This document shows, in pieces, positions 1-6,246 of a stretch of 13,206 bases of DNA (its first letter is position 1; every line of letters starts with the position of its first letter). The notes below the pieces were generated by a model that was given only the letters and a program-made list of their open reading frames with translations, did not search any database and was not told the origin of the DNA. The stretch is taken from sequence record MN496305.1; one strand, 5' to 3'. Both the position numbers and the translations under genes were made by a program.

Positions 1-19
1 CCCTTTTTAAAGTCATATT
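1..19 (+). promoter_or_regulatory. Promoter of the a82-b251 operon (T9-like), TTTTTAAA box
   Basis: CCCTTTTTAAAGTCATATT about 30 nt upstream of the ATG at 37; 18/19 identical to 7319-7337 upstream of the tail operon. Confidence 0.7.
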
Positions 20-36
20 TCTTTTTTCTTCTTAAG

Positions 37-285
37 ATGTCCGCATTAGGTGATACAATCTATATTTTAAGCCTTATTTTGCCAGCTGTAGGAATTATAA
101 CAAGAAACTATCTCATCAATTTGCTGGCATTCTTCATGGGGACTATCGGCTTCTTAGTCTTTGTGCAGAACTACACAGATATTGCCTTCAGCGGAAGCAC
201 ATTCTATTTAGCGATATTTCCTTTACTGTTAGGGCTGGTCAACTTCGGCTTATTCTTCAATTGGGTTCGAGAAGAGAGGATTTAA
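37..285 (+). CDS. a82: Fusellovirus core membrane protein, SSV1 A82 homolog
   Basis: 82 aa with three hydrophobic segments; MSALGD...FNWVREERI matches recalled SSV1 A82; syntenic after vp2. Confidence 0.9.
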   Translation: MSALGDTIYILSLILPAVGIITRNYLINLLAFFMGTIGFLVFVQNYTDIAFSGSTFYLAIFPLLLGLVNFGLFFNWVREERI

Positions 286-286
286 C

Positions 287-592
287 ATGAGGGGATTTTA
301 CCATGTTGTTAACAGAGCCGATACCCGCAAAATACATAGAATACGGGGAAATCATAGATACAATATTTATTATTATCTATTTGCTGTTCAGAAAATCAAA
401 GAGCAAATCAGAACAAACTATAGGGAATCGGCTAGATACAAAATTGTTAGGTTACTATCTGGTGACATCCGCAATATTTGTGCTGTTGATAGCTCACTTT
501 GCTCAATACGCAAATTATTTGGATTACTACTTAGGCCTTATACTAGATTCATTAGTGTTTTACATGGGGCTCAGGCTGGTGATGAAGAATGA
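287..592 (+). CDS. Overlapping alternative-frame ORF, positional equivalent of SSV1 C84
   Basis: 101-aa basic ORF open across all of a92 in another frame; SSV1 has an overlapping c84/a92 pair here. Translation unproven. Confidence 0.3.
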   Translation: MRGFYHVVNRADTRKIHRIRGNHRYNIYYYLFAVQKIKEQIRTNYRESARYKIVRLLSGDIRNICAVDSSLCSIRKLFGLLLRPYTRFISVLHGAQAGDEE

Positions 593-596
593 GTAA
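303..596 (+). CDS. a92: Fusellovirus core membrane protein, SSV1 A92 homolog
   Basis: 97 aa hydrophobic protein with 3 probable TM segments, between a82 and b277; its stop overlaps the b277 start (ATGAGTAA). Confidence 0.8.
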   Translation: MLLTEPIPAKYIEYGEIIDTIFIIIYLLFRKSKSKSEQTIGNRLDTKLLGYYLVTSAIFVLLIAHFAQYANYLDYYLGLILDSLVFYMGLRLVMKNE

Positions 597-1365
597 TGGA
601 AGTTTGGAAAAGGCAATGGAAGAAGCACTTCGCAATGCAAAGAGCCTAGAGGAGTTGGAAGCACTCTACAGACAGATACCACAACCCTCAAAGAAACTCT
701 ACAAAGTCTATGAGAAGAGGAAATTCGAATTAAAGTACGCTGAGTACAAAAAGTTAAAGGAAGAACTTTCACAAAGGAAGAAGAAGCTAAAGAAAGAGAA
801 AGTTGATATTCATGTTAAGATAGCAAAGAAATGGATAAACAGCAGACTGTTCACAGCAGAGCACTATGTTGCATTGCTTCAGCAAAGTAAAGATGGGCTT
901 CAGCTTATGTTTTTGCGTAAGGCAAAATTGGTTGAGAATCAAGGTTATCTGATGTTGGAGGTCCGCAAACTAAGAAAGGCATGGGTGTTGCAAAGCGAAC
1001 CAATTCTACTTGAAAAGAGCAGAATCTTCTTTGGGAAGAAATTTGTTGCAGTGCACTTTGTCTTGCCAGATTTTCCATATACTCTTGGCATAGCTGTGGA
1101 TGAAAAATTAAGGCAGTTAGCAATCAAAGGAGTAAACGGCCCACAGATATTGCATAGTGTCGTCAGGACCAAGTTCTTTGAGGCACTGGCCCGTGTTGGG
1201 ACAGGGCCAGATTATATGATGCTTATTATTGGCGCAGTGATGGGAATAGGACTAGGAATGGCGATTGGCTTCGGCGTATCGCTATTCCACTTAACATCTA
1301 CTCCACCCGCTCATACTAACACAACAACCACAACCATGAATCCATTCCCTACGTCAACAAAATGA
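589..1365 (+). CDS. b277: Fusellovirus core protein, SSV1 B277 homolog
   Basis: 258 aa; Lys-rich N-terminus, C-terminal TM (IIGAVMGIGLGMAIGFGV) and Thr-rich tail, as in B277; syntenic. Confidence 0.9.
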   Translation: MSNGSLEKAMEEALRNAKSLEELEALYRQIPQPSKKLYKVYEKRKFELKYAEYKKLKEELSQRKKKLKKEKVDIHVKIAKKWINSRLFTAEHYVALLQQSKDGLQLMFLRKAKLVENQGYLMLEVRKLRKAWVLQSEPILLEKSRIFFGKKFVAVHFVLPDFPYTLGIAVDEKLRQLAIKGVNGPQILHSVVRTKFFEALARVGTGPDYMMLIIGAVMGIGLGMAIGFGVSLFHLTSTPPAHTNTTTTTMNPFPTSTK

Positions 1366-1374
1366 GGTGAGACA

Positions 1375-1842
1375 ATGCCCAACAAAAAAGCATCCGGTAA
1401 TGCTGTCGAAGAGCTAAAGAAAGAAAATGAAGAGCTAAGAAAGAAAATTGAGGAATTGGAAGCTTTGTTAAATGGACCAGAAGAGGAAGATGAGGAAATA
1501 CAAGAAATCGAGAACCCTTACACAGTCACAAACCGAGCAATCTCAGAGTTAGTTGAGCCCAAAGACACTATGTTATATCTTTCGGGAAGTCAGATTAATC
1601 TGATTTTATCCGCTTACGAATTCGCCCGTTTACCCGTTTATTTTGGGGAAGAGCCTGTGCTAGAGTTGGCTGAGTTTGCGAGTAAACTGAAGTACTACTT
1701 AGTGAGTAAGGGCGGACGCGGTAGAAGGGATATACTCAGAGTGCTGAGAGTAAGCAGTGGCCAGACTAGGGAAAATGTCAATAAATCAATCTTTAGGCAA
1801 CTACTACAAGGGGGGAAAGATTCAGATGTCGAAGAAGACTGA
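1375..1842 (+). CDS. a154: Fusellovirus core protein, SSV1 A154 homolog
   Basis: 155 aa; GGTGA RBS; N-terminal coiled coil (ELKKENEELRKKIEELEALL); conserved VSKGGRGRRDILRVLRV; immediately upstream of b251. Confidence 0.9.
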   Translation: MPNKKASGNAVEELKKENEELRKKIEELEALLNGPEEEDEEIQEIENPYTVTNRAISELVEPKDTMLYLSGSQINLILSAYEFARLPVYFGEEPVLELAEFASKLKYYLVSKGGRGRRDILRVLRVSSGQTRENVNKSIFRQLLQGGKDSDVEED

Positions 1843-2548
1843 AGAACAGAAAGCTGATGATTTACTATGGTTGGCACAAAAAATAGTGTCAGCATATAAG
1901 AATGTAGGATTTGTATCAGCAGTGATTTTCGGCAAACAAGGAAGTGGCAAAACAACATACGCATTTAAAGTAGCGAGAGACGTTTTCTACAAACTATATA
2001 ATTTACAGACAAAGGATGAGGCATGGCAATATGTTAGGACCAGCTATTTCTTTGAATTGCCAGAAGCATTGATGAAGATACAGGATGCAATAGACAATGA
2101 CTACCGCATTCCATTGATAATCTTTGATGATGCGGGAATATGGCTTTCAAAATATGTGTGGTATGAGGACTACATGAAGGCGTTTTATAAAATATATGCA
2201 CTCATACGAACTAGGGTGTCGGCTGTTATCTTCACTACACCCAGCCCAGAAGATATAGCATTCTTCTTAAGGGAAAAAGGATGGTACCAAATCAAGATTA
2301 GTATGATAAATAGAAAGGATATGATTGCGAGAGCAACTTTATACGCTAAAGATTTCGCAAGGAATACAAAGGGCGAAATTGTCACTCAGGTGAAGACAAA
2401 GGCGTTAGATATGTTTAAGGTTGATATTCCAAATAATATATATGAGGAATATATGCAAAAGAGAAGAGAAACAGAAAGAAAATTACTCGCAGAGCTGAAA
2501 CAAATACTATCAAGTTTTACGGAAAAGAACGCCGTTATTGAGGCTTGA
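1826..2548 (+). CDS. b251: P-loop ATPase, SSV1 B251 homolog (DnaA-like AAA; replication or packaging)
   Basis: Walker [10 protein letters not shown] and Walker [12 protein letters not shown] 1826 (MSKK..., 240 aa) is preferred over the track's start at 1757. Confidence 0.92.
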   Translation: MSKKTEEQKADDLLWLAQKIVSAYKNVGFVSAVIFGKQGSGKTTYAFKVARDVFYKLYNLQTKDEAWQYVRTSYFFELPEALMKIQDAIDNDYRIPLIIFDDAGIWLSKYVWYEDYMKAFYKIYALIRTRVSAVIFTTPSPEDIAFFLREKGWYQIKISMINRKDMIARATLYAKDFARNTKGEIVTQVKTKALDMFKVDIPNNIYEEYMQKRRETERKLLAELKQILSSFTEKNAVIEA

Positions 2549-3575
2549 AAACGGGGGTAGGCTCATTTATAATATTTTTCAACCACTCCGCGTATTTCTT
2601 GTAGTGTTCTTTTGCAACACCAAATAATGAAACATAATGTTGTGTAGCAACTCTTATCGGTTTTCTACCTTGAATAAAATCTATGACGTCTAGCGGAATA
2701 CCTAATTGGGCCATTTGAGTTGCGACAAATTTTCTTATGTATTTTATGCGCACAGCGTCTTTGTACGTTTTCTCAAATTTTGCAATTACACCGCGCGTTA
2801 TATTTGTTTGTCGTAGTGGCGTTATGTGGAATAGATAAAAGGACCCTTTATAGCCTCTGGTCCAACTGATTGGATAATAACGAATCTCACCATCAGCGAT
2901 ATCACGCTCTGGCTCTCTTAATACTTTTAGTATTTCAATTAATCTAGCCCCTGACTCCAAAGCTAAGCGATAAACGAGATAAACGTTATCGCTATACTCT
3001 TTCGCAAGCAACAATGTTTGCTTTATTTGTTCAATTGTAGGAACGTATAGGTCAGCCTTAGTTGATTTTACTTTAATGATCTTCAACACTTTATCAGCAA
3101 ACTCCTCACTAATTAAGCCACGTAATGCTAAGTATTTTGCAAATAGTCTGTACGCTTTCTGTGAATTTCTACTATCTGTATATTTGCGCCTTAACGCATT
3201 GATGTATTCTTTTACTGTTTCTTCAGATATTCTTCTTTTATTGATCAAATATTCAAAGAACCCGTTAATGTTGCCGTCTGTCGCATATTGGCGTAAATTG
3301 GCAACCACGCCAATTTTACGCCGTTCTTCTTTTTCAGACGGGCCTCCCAAGCCGGTGATCCCGGGTTCAAATCCCGGCGGCCGCATAGTGGGGGATTCCC
3401 CCACACCCCCATTTTCTTTCAATTTAATGTATGTTTCTACGACATCAGTTAAGGGACCTACATAAGTTTCCTTTAACTTACCGTTTATCGTTCTCAGTAT
3501 ATAAACATAATACTTCCCTTTTCTTTCCCTTATGATTACATCACCATATTTATAACGCGTCTTATCTTTTGTCAT
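2535..3575 (-). CDS. int: SSV-type tyrosine integrase (SSV1 D335 family), intact
   Basis: 346 aa; ESGARL, KYIRKF, QGR and QHY catalytic motifs; N-terminus [12 protein letters not shown] as in SSV1 Int; attP translated as [14 protein letters not shown]. Confidence 0.97.
   Translation of the reverse strand: MTKDKTRYKYGDVIIRERKGKYYVYILRTINGKLKETYVGPLTDVVETYIKLKENGGVGESPTMRPPGFEPGITGLGGPSEKEERRKIGVVANLRQYATDGNINGFFEYLINKRRISEETVKEYINALRRKYTDSRNSQKAYRLFAKYLALRGLISEEFADKVLKIIKVKSTKADLYVPTIEQIKQTLLLAKEYSDNVYLVYRLALESGARLIEILKVLREPERDIADGEIRYYPISWTRGYKGSFYLFHITPLRQTNITRGVIAKFEKTYKDAVRIKYIRKFVATQMAQLGIPLDVIDFIQGRKPIRVATQHYVSLFGVAKEHYKKYAEWLKNIINEPTPVFKPQ
3341..3385 (+). other. attP core = 3' half of tRNA-Gly(CCC), inside the integrase gene
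   Basis: GGC-CTCCCAA-GCC anticodon arm (CCC), T-arm CCGGG-TTCAAAT-CCCGG, acceptor strand GCGGCCGCA. No 5' half or D-arm, so not a full tRNA. Confidence 0.92.
3388..3404. repeat. GC-rich hairpin next to attP
   Basis: GTGGGGG-ATT-CCCCCAC, perfect 7-bp stem directly after the attP core. Confidence 0.7.
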
Positions 3576-3595
3576 ATTCCCCTAATGTATTATGA

Positions 3596-3625
3596 TTGCC
3601 AAAAGAGGTTTATAAGCTCTGGCAA
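3596..3625 (-). promoter_or_regulatory. Putative integrase promoter (TTTATAA) inside an inverted repeat
   Basis: TATA-like element about 33-40 nt upstream of the int ATG, flanked by TTGCC-aaa-AGAG ... CTCT-GGCAA. Confidence 0.45.
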
Positions 3626-3745
3626 CTCGTAAATTTTTGCCGTTAAAAAACGTAGAATTGAAAGTAGACGGCAAAGATTCCTAGGCAGTAATACTAAAAA
3701 TATCGTATTATTATTATATAGTTATTTGAGCAAATTACCTATTAC

Positions 3746-3813
3746 GCTAATAGCAGCATTGCTGCTACTAATAGCAGCGATTTAGCAAAACATTGCTGCT
3801 AATAGCAGCATTG
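3746..3813. repeat. Palindromic repeat array, 3x CTAATAGCAGC interleaved with GCTGCTA
   Basis: CTAATAGCAGC at 3747, 3768 and 3799; hairpins TAGCAGC-att-GCTGCTA (3751-3767) and GCTGCTA-a-TAGCAGC (3795-3809). Confidence 0.85.
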
Positions 3814-3818
3814 TCGTA

Positions 3819-4373
3819 TTACTTTACGTAGACTGAAAGCCATCTCTTAAACTGAGATGGCTTCATCCAGTCTTTCCATCTTGTCAGCACATATGTTCTC
3901 TCGCCCTTTGCAAACTCTTCTGAGACGACTGCTTTTCCATGCTTTTCCAATGTTCTCAACAGTGTGAAAGGCATGAATCTAACTTCCCCTTCTGAATCAG
4001 CAATATTCATGAACACAGCTTTGTATCCCTTAGATTCTAAGATTTCCGCAACACTAACTTTTACGCCTAACACAGCAATTACTGAGCCTTGCATATTCAT
4101 CTTATGAGCTCTGCTTTTACTCTGTCCCTTCGTCAAAGAAGTACCAGTAACATCAAGATATAATTTGAAGCGGGGAATGTAAAAATCAAACTTCTTGAAA
4201 GGATCCCCTTCCCATGTTTCGTCTACTCTGTCAGTTGACAATACACCAATTCCATTCACTGTAATGTCCTTTTCCTTAAGATTTAGGACCAAACGTAGCC
4301 ATTTTTTCGCAATCTCTTCCCTAATTGAAGATATAGCCCAATACTTTTCGTACTTGTCTTTAAGCTCACTCAT
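3819..4373 (-). CDS. d244: PD-(D/E)xK-like nuclease, SSV1 D244 / SSV-RH D212 family
   Basis: KYW..RE, FDFYI..LYLDVTG and GERTY motifs parallel D244 (KYW..RE, YDY..VEVTG, GEKPY). ATG 4373 has the better-spaced GAGGG RBS; 4379 is an alternative start. Confidence 0.8.
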   Translation of the reverse strand: MSELKDKYEKYWAISSIREEIAKKWLRLVLNLKEKDITVNGIGVLSTDRVDETWEGDPFKKFDFYIPRFKLYLDVTGTSLTKGQSKSRAHKMNMQGSVIAVLGVKVSVAEILESKGYKAVFMNIADSEGEVRFMPFTLLRTLEKHGKAVVSEEFAKGERTYVLTRWKDWMKPSQFKRWLSVYVK

Positions 4374-4545
4374 GTTCATCCCTCAGATGGTAGAGGTCCG
4401 CAAAGATTTGTTGGCTCAGAAACAAGGCCTTATCTATTTTCTCTTTGCAGTCATTCTCACATGCCAGCTCTATCTTGATTTCGTGAACAAGGGTTAGTAG
4501 TTCCCTTATTTCTTCATCCAAAGTTCTCAATATATCAGAGTCCAT
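4366..4545 (-). CDS. d63: SSV1 D63 homolog (helical-hairpin adaptor), 59 aa, not in the ORF track
   Basis: Hand translation MDSDILRTLDEEIRELLTLVHEIKIELACENDCKEKIDKALFLSQQIFADLYHLRDEHE; LDEEIRELLTLVHEIKI matches D63 LDEDVRELLSLIHEIKI; overlaps both neighbouring genes. Confidence 0.85.
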   Translation of the reverse strand: MDSDILRTLDEEIRELLTLVHEIKIELACENDCKEKIDKALFLSQQIFADLYHLRDEHE

Positions 4546-4918
4546 GGGCCAACACTCTCATTGGGCATTTGGACCAGAATTGAGCACAATTATTAGTTTG
4601 TGATATTGTCAAAATTCTTCTTAACACGGAACAATATGCCAGATACCCTTGTTCGTTTTTCACTATTCGGAAATAATCGCATTCGCTAACTACTTCTTCT
4701 AAGATACTAATCTTTGGGTAGAAATTAACAACCTTTTCCACAGTGTCGCCGAATAATTCCAATCCTTTTTTCTGCCCTTCTTGTTCTGGTTCTTTATAAT
4801 ACCTACAAGTACTGTATTCCTTCAAACACCTGTGGGATGCTGTTACGCTGTCCGTAGGCTTATCAAGTAGTGGTGAAACACAATAACCATTTTTGTAGTA
4901 TGGGCAGACATTAGGCAT
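4535..4918 (-). CDS. Cys-rich putative metal-binding protein with two 4-Cys repeats
   Basis: ATG at 4918 downstream of a GGGGGTG RBS (the track uses TTG 4927); 8 Cys in two similar units; in the operon between the F112-like and D63-like genes. Confidence 0.8.
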   Translation of the reverse strand: MPNVCPYYKNGYCVSPLLDKPTDSVTASHRCLKEYSTCRYYKEPEQEGQKKGLELFGDTVEKVVNFYPKISILEEVVSECDYFRIVKNEQGYLAYCSVLRRILTISQTNNCAQFWSKCPMRVLAHGL

Positions 4919-4939
4919 TATTAGCAAACACCCCCATAT

Positions 4940-5176
4940 TCATGCTTGGGCACCGTTTCTATTGGGTTTCCATATTAGTGTTAGGGGGTAGTCTTGTCTT
5001 TCGCAAGACCCAGTCTCATCCCTTTCGCATAGCATGTACACGAGTTTTGCTATGTTATATGCAGTACTTGGGGATACCTCAAATTGAAAAATAATGTCTT
5101 CAATTGTGATTTGGCCTTTTTTCTTTAAAATTTCATACATGATTTGGGCCTTGTGAAATGTGTTTTGTCTAGGCAT
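4940..5176 (-). CDS. f112: Winged-helix DNA-binding protein, SSV1 F112 homolog (shorter)
   Basis: KAQIMYEILKKKGQITIEDIIFQFEVSPSTAYNI..CER matches F112; ATG 5176 follows a GGGTGA RBS; first gene of the leftward early operon. Confidence 0.85.
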   Translation of the reverse strand: MPRQNTFHKAQIMYEILKKKGQITIEDIIFQFEVSPSTAYNIAKLVYMLCERDETGSCERQDYPLTLIWKPNRNGAQA

Positions 5177-5183
5177 CTTTTCA

Positions 5184-5248
5184 CCCTCTATTCTTCTTCT
5201 ATTCATTCTGAGTTTAAAAGTTTTGCTCTTCTATTCTTCTTCTTTTCA
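5184..5248 (-). promoter_or_regulatory. T5-like early promoter with two pairs of 11-bp tandem operators
   Basis: Minus strand: TGAAAAGAAGA-AGAATAGAAGA, 21-nt spacer containing TTTTAAAC, then TGAATAGAAGA-AGAATAGAGGG; inverted copy of 5870-5934. Confidence 0.85.
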
Positions 5249-5307
5249 TTTTAGTTTCAACCAAGTGAGTATTCCTTATAATATAATTTGTATAATAGGG
5301 GTAAAAG

Positions 5308-5454
5308 ATGGGGTGTCAGAGAGCAGAACTACTGGCCCTTCTTGAGTATATTGAAGAAGAATGCAAAAAGAGAGACTGCATAAGCGTAGTGAGAGAGATA
5401 AAAGAGCGCGTAAAGAAGAACGCAATGCTAGAAGCGATAAACGGGCTGTACTAG
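5308..5454 (+). CDS. b49: SSV1 B49 (Tind transcript) homolog, 48 aa, not in the ORF track
   Basis: MGCQRAELLALLEYIEEECKKRDCISVVREIKERVKKNAMLEAINGLY resembles recalled B49 (MGCAKSEQVILLQYIKTNC..DC..I..EV.RRIMNNAI) and sits between the T5/T6-like promoters. Confidence 0.75.
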   Translation: MGCQRAELLALLEYIEEECKKRDCISVVREIKERVKKNAMLEAINGLY

Positions 5455-5477
5455 GCCAGCTCTTTCTATTCACTTTC

Positions 5478-5507
5478 TATTTTTTCTTTTTTTGTTTTTT
5501 TGTTTTT
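5478..5507 (+). terminator. T-rich terminator of the B49-like transcript
   Basis: Long oligo-T tracts about 25-55 nt after the stop, typical of Sulfolobales terminators. Confidence 0.55.
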
Positions 5508-5552
5508 ACTTCCAACAAAGTAAAAACAAAACTATAAAACAAAGCAATCTAC

Positions 5553-5575
5553 ATTATACAAACTGTTTGTATAAT
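5553..5575. repeat. Perfect 23-bp palindrome, candidate origin or protein-binding site
   Basis: ATTATACAAAC-T-GTTTGTATAAT, within an AT-rich imperfect inverted repeat (~5460-5650). Confidence 0.8.
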
Positions 5576-5610
5576 ATAGTTTGTTTTTGTTATAGTGGGT
5601 CTGTTATTGC

Positions 5611-5634
5611 AAACAAAAAAAAAAAAACAAAAAA
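5611..5634 (-). terminator. T-rich terminator of the F55-like transcript
   Basis: 13-A run plus flanking A tracts on the plus strand = oligo-T on the minus strand, about 20-40 nt after the RHH stop at 5653. Confidence 0.5.
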
Positions 5635-5652
5635 TGAATAGACAGAAAAAAG

Positions 5653-5817
5653 CTATGATTTCGTTAGCTCCTCTATCCTACGCCTCACTGCATCTATTAC
5701 AAACTCTTGTCTGCTAGTGTACCCAGCTTTCCCCATCTTCAAAATTTCATCTATTTGGTCTGCCAATGATTTTGGAATTTTCACCCCTACCCATTCGATT
5801 TTATCTTTTTTAGGCAT
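5653..5817 (-). CDS. f55: Ribbon-helix-helix repressor, positional and structural equivalent of SSV1 F55, 54 aa, not in the ORF track
   Basis: MPKKDKIEWVGVKIPKSLADQIDEILKMGKAGYTSRQEFVIDAVRRRIEELTKS: beta strand VGVKIP, helix, S-R-x-E-F-V..A RHH pattern; GAGGT RBS; leftward gene next to the T6-like promoter, like f55. Confidence 0.75.
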   Translation of the reverse strand: MPKKDKIEWVGVKIPKSLADQIDEILKMGKAGYTSRQEFVIDAVRRRIEELTKS

Positions 5818-5869
5818 CTTCGCTACCTCTTTTATTCTTATAGTATGTTTATCGTTAAAAAAAAGATGT

Positions 5870-5934
5870 TGAATAGAAGTAGAATAGAAGAGTAAAGTTT
5901 AAATATGAGAGTAGAATAGAAGTAGAATAGAGGT
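5870..5934 (+). promoter_or_regulatory. T6-like early promoter with two pairs of 11-bp tandem operators
   Basis: TGAATAGAAGT-AGAATAGAAGA, 21-nt spacer containing TTTAAATA, then AGAATAGAAGT-AGAATAGAGGT, then ATG 5941. Confidence 0.87.
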
Positions 5935-5940
5935 GGCAAA

Positions 5941-6240
5941 ATGGAAACCCCCAAACCCAAATACGAAATTGTTGGGGAAGAAGAAATACATTTTTTTGTA
6001 AGAACGTTGCGTGAAGAAGAACCACCATATGACAAATACATTGAAATAGAATTTGAGAAGCCTTTTGCTGATACTGGCAGATTCTATATTGGCGACATAA
6101 GCGTAGAATCCGTCGAAAGAGAGGTAAAATACATATTACAATTATATAAAATATATAACAAAACAGCTAATGGCGAATTGCAAAATGAAATACGAAAAGA
6201 GATCCTTATAACTTTAGCGAAAATTGCCGGCATGTTGTGA
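5941..6240 (+). CDS. a100: SSV1 A100 homolog
   Basis: PY..YI.I, LYKIY and IRKEILITLAKI match A100 (PY..YLHI, LYEVY, IQKEALLTIAKI); first gene after the T6-like promoter. Confidence 0.75.
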   Translation: METPKPKYEIVGEEEIHFFVRTLREEEPPYDKYIEIEFEKPFADTGRFYIGDISVESVEREVKYILQLYKIYNKTANGELQNEIRKEILITLAKIAGML

Positions 6241-6246
6241 TGCAAG

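Noticed and set aside
1757-1825. N-terminal extension of B251 from GTG 1757
   Set aside because: It overlaps a154 deeply; ATG 1826 gives a length consistent with the family.
3341-3385. Functional tRNA-Gly gene
   Set aside because: Only the 3' half is present (no D-arm or 5' acceptor strand); it is the attP inside int.
3076-3465. 129-aa plus-strand ORF
   Set aside because: Antisense shadow of the integrase with no recognisable features.
4195-4497. 100-aa plus-strand ORF, and likewise 5160-5345, 5276-5473, 5838-6041, 6084-6380, 6308-6499 and 6632-6895
   Set aside because: Antisense to better-supported genes (D244-, D63-, B49-, A100-, RHH-, A45- and B129-like) or spanning promoter repeats.
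5460-5650. Whole ~190-bp region as one long cruciform
   Set aside because: The outer T-rich and A-rich arms are adequately explained as convergent terminators of the two small genes; only the central palindrome was retained.
5870-5934. Mini-CRISPR array or simple microsatellite
   Set aside because: The units are 11-bp tandem pairs around a TATA box with no spacers, and they are mirrored at the opposite promoter; operators explain them.
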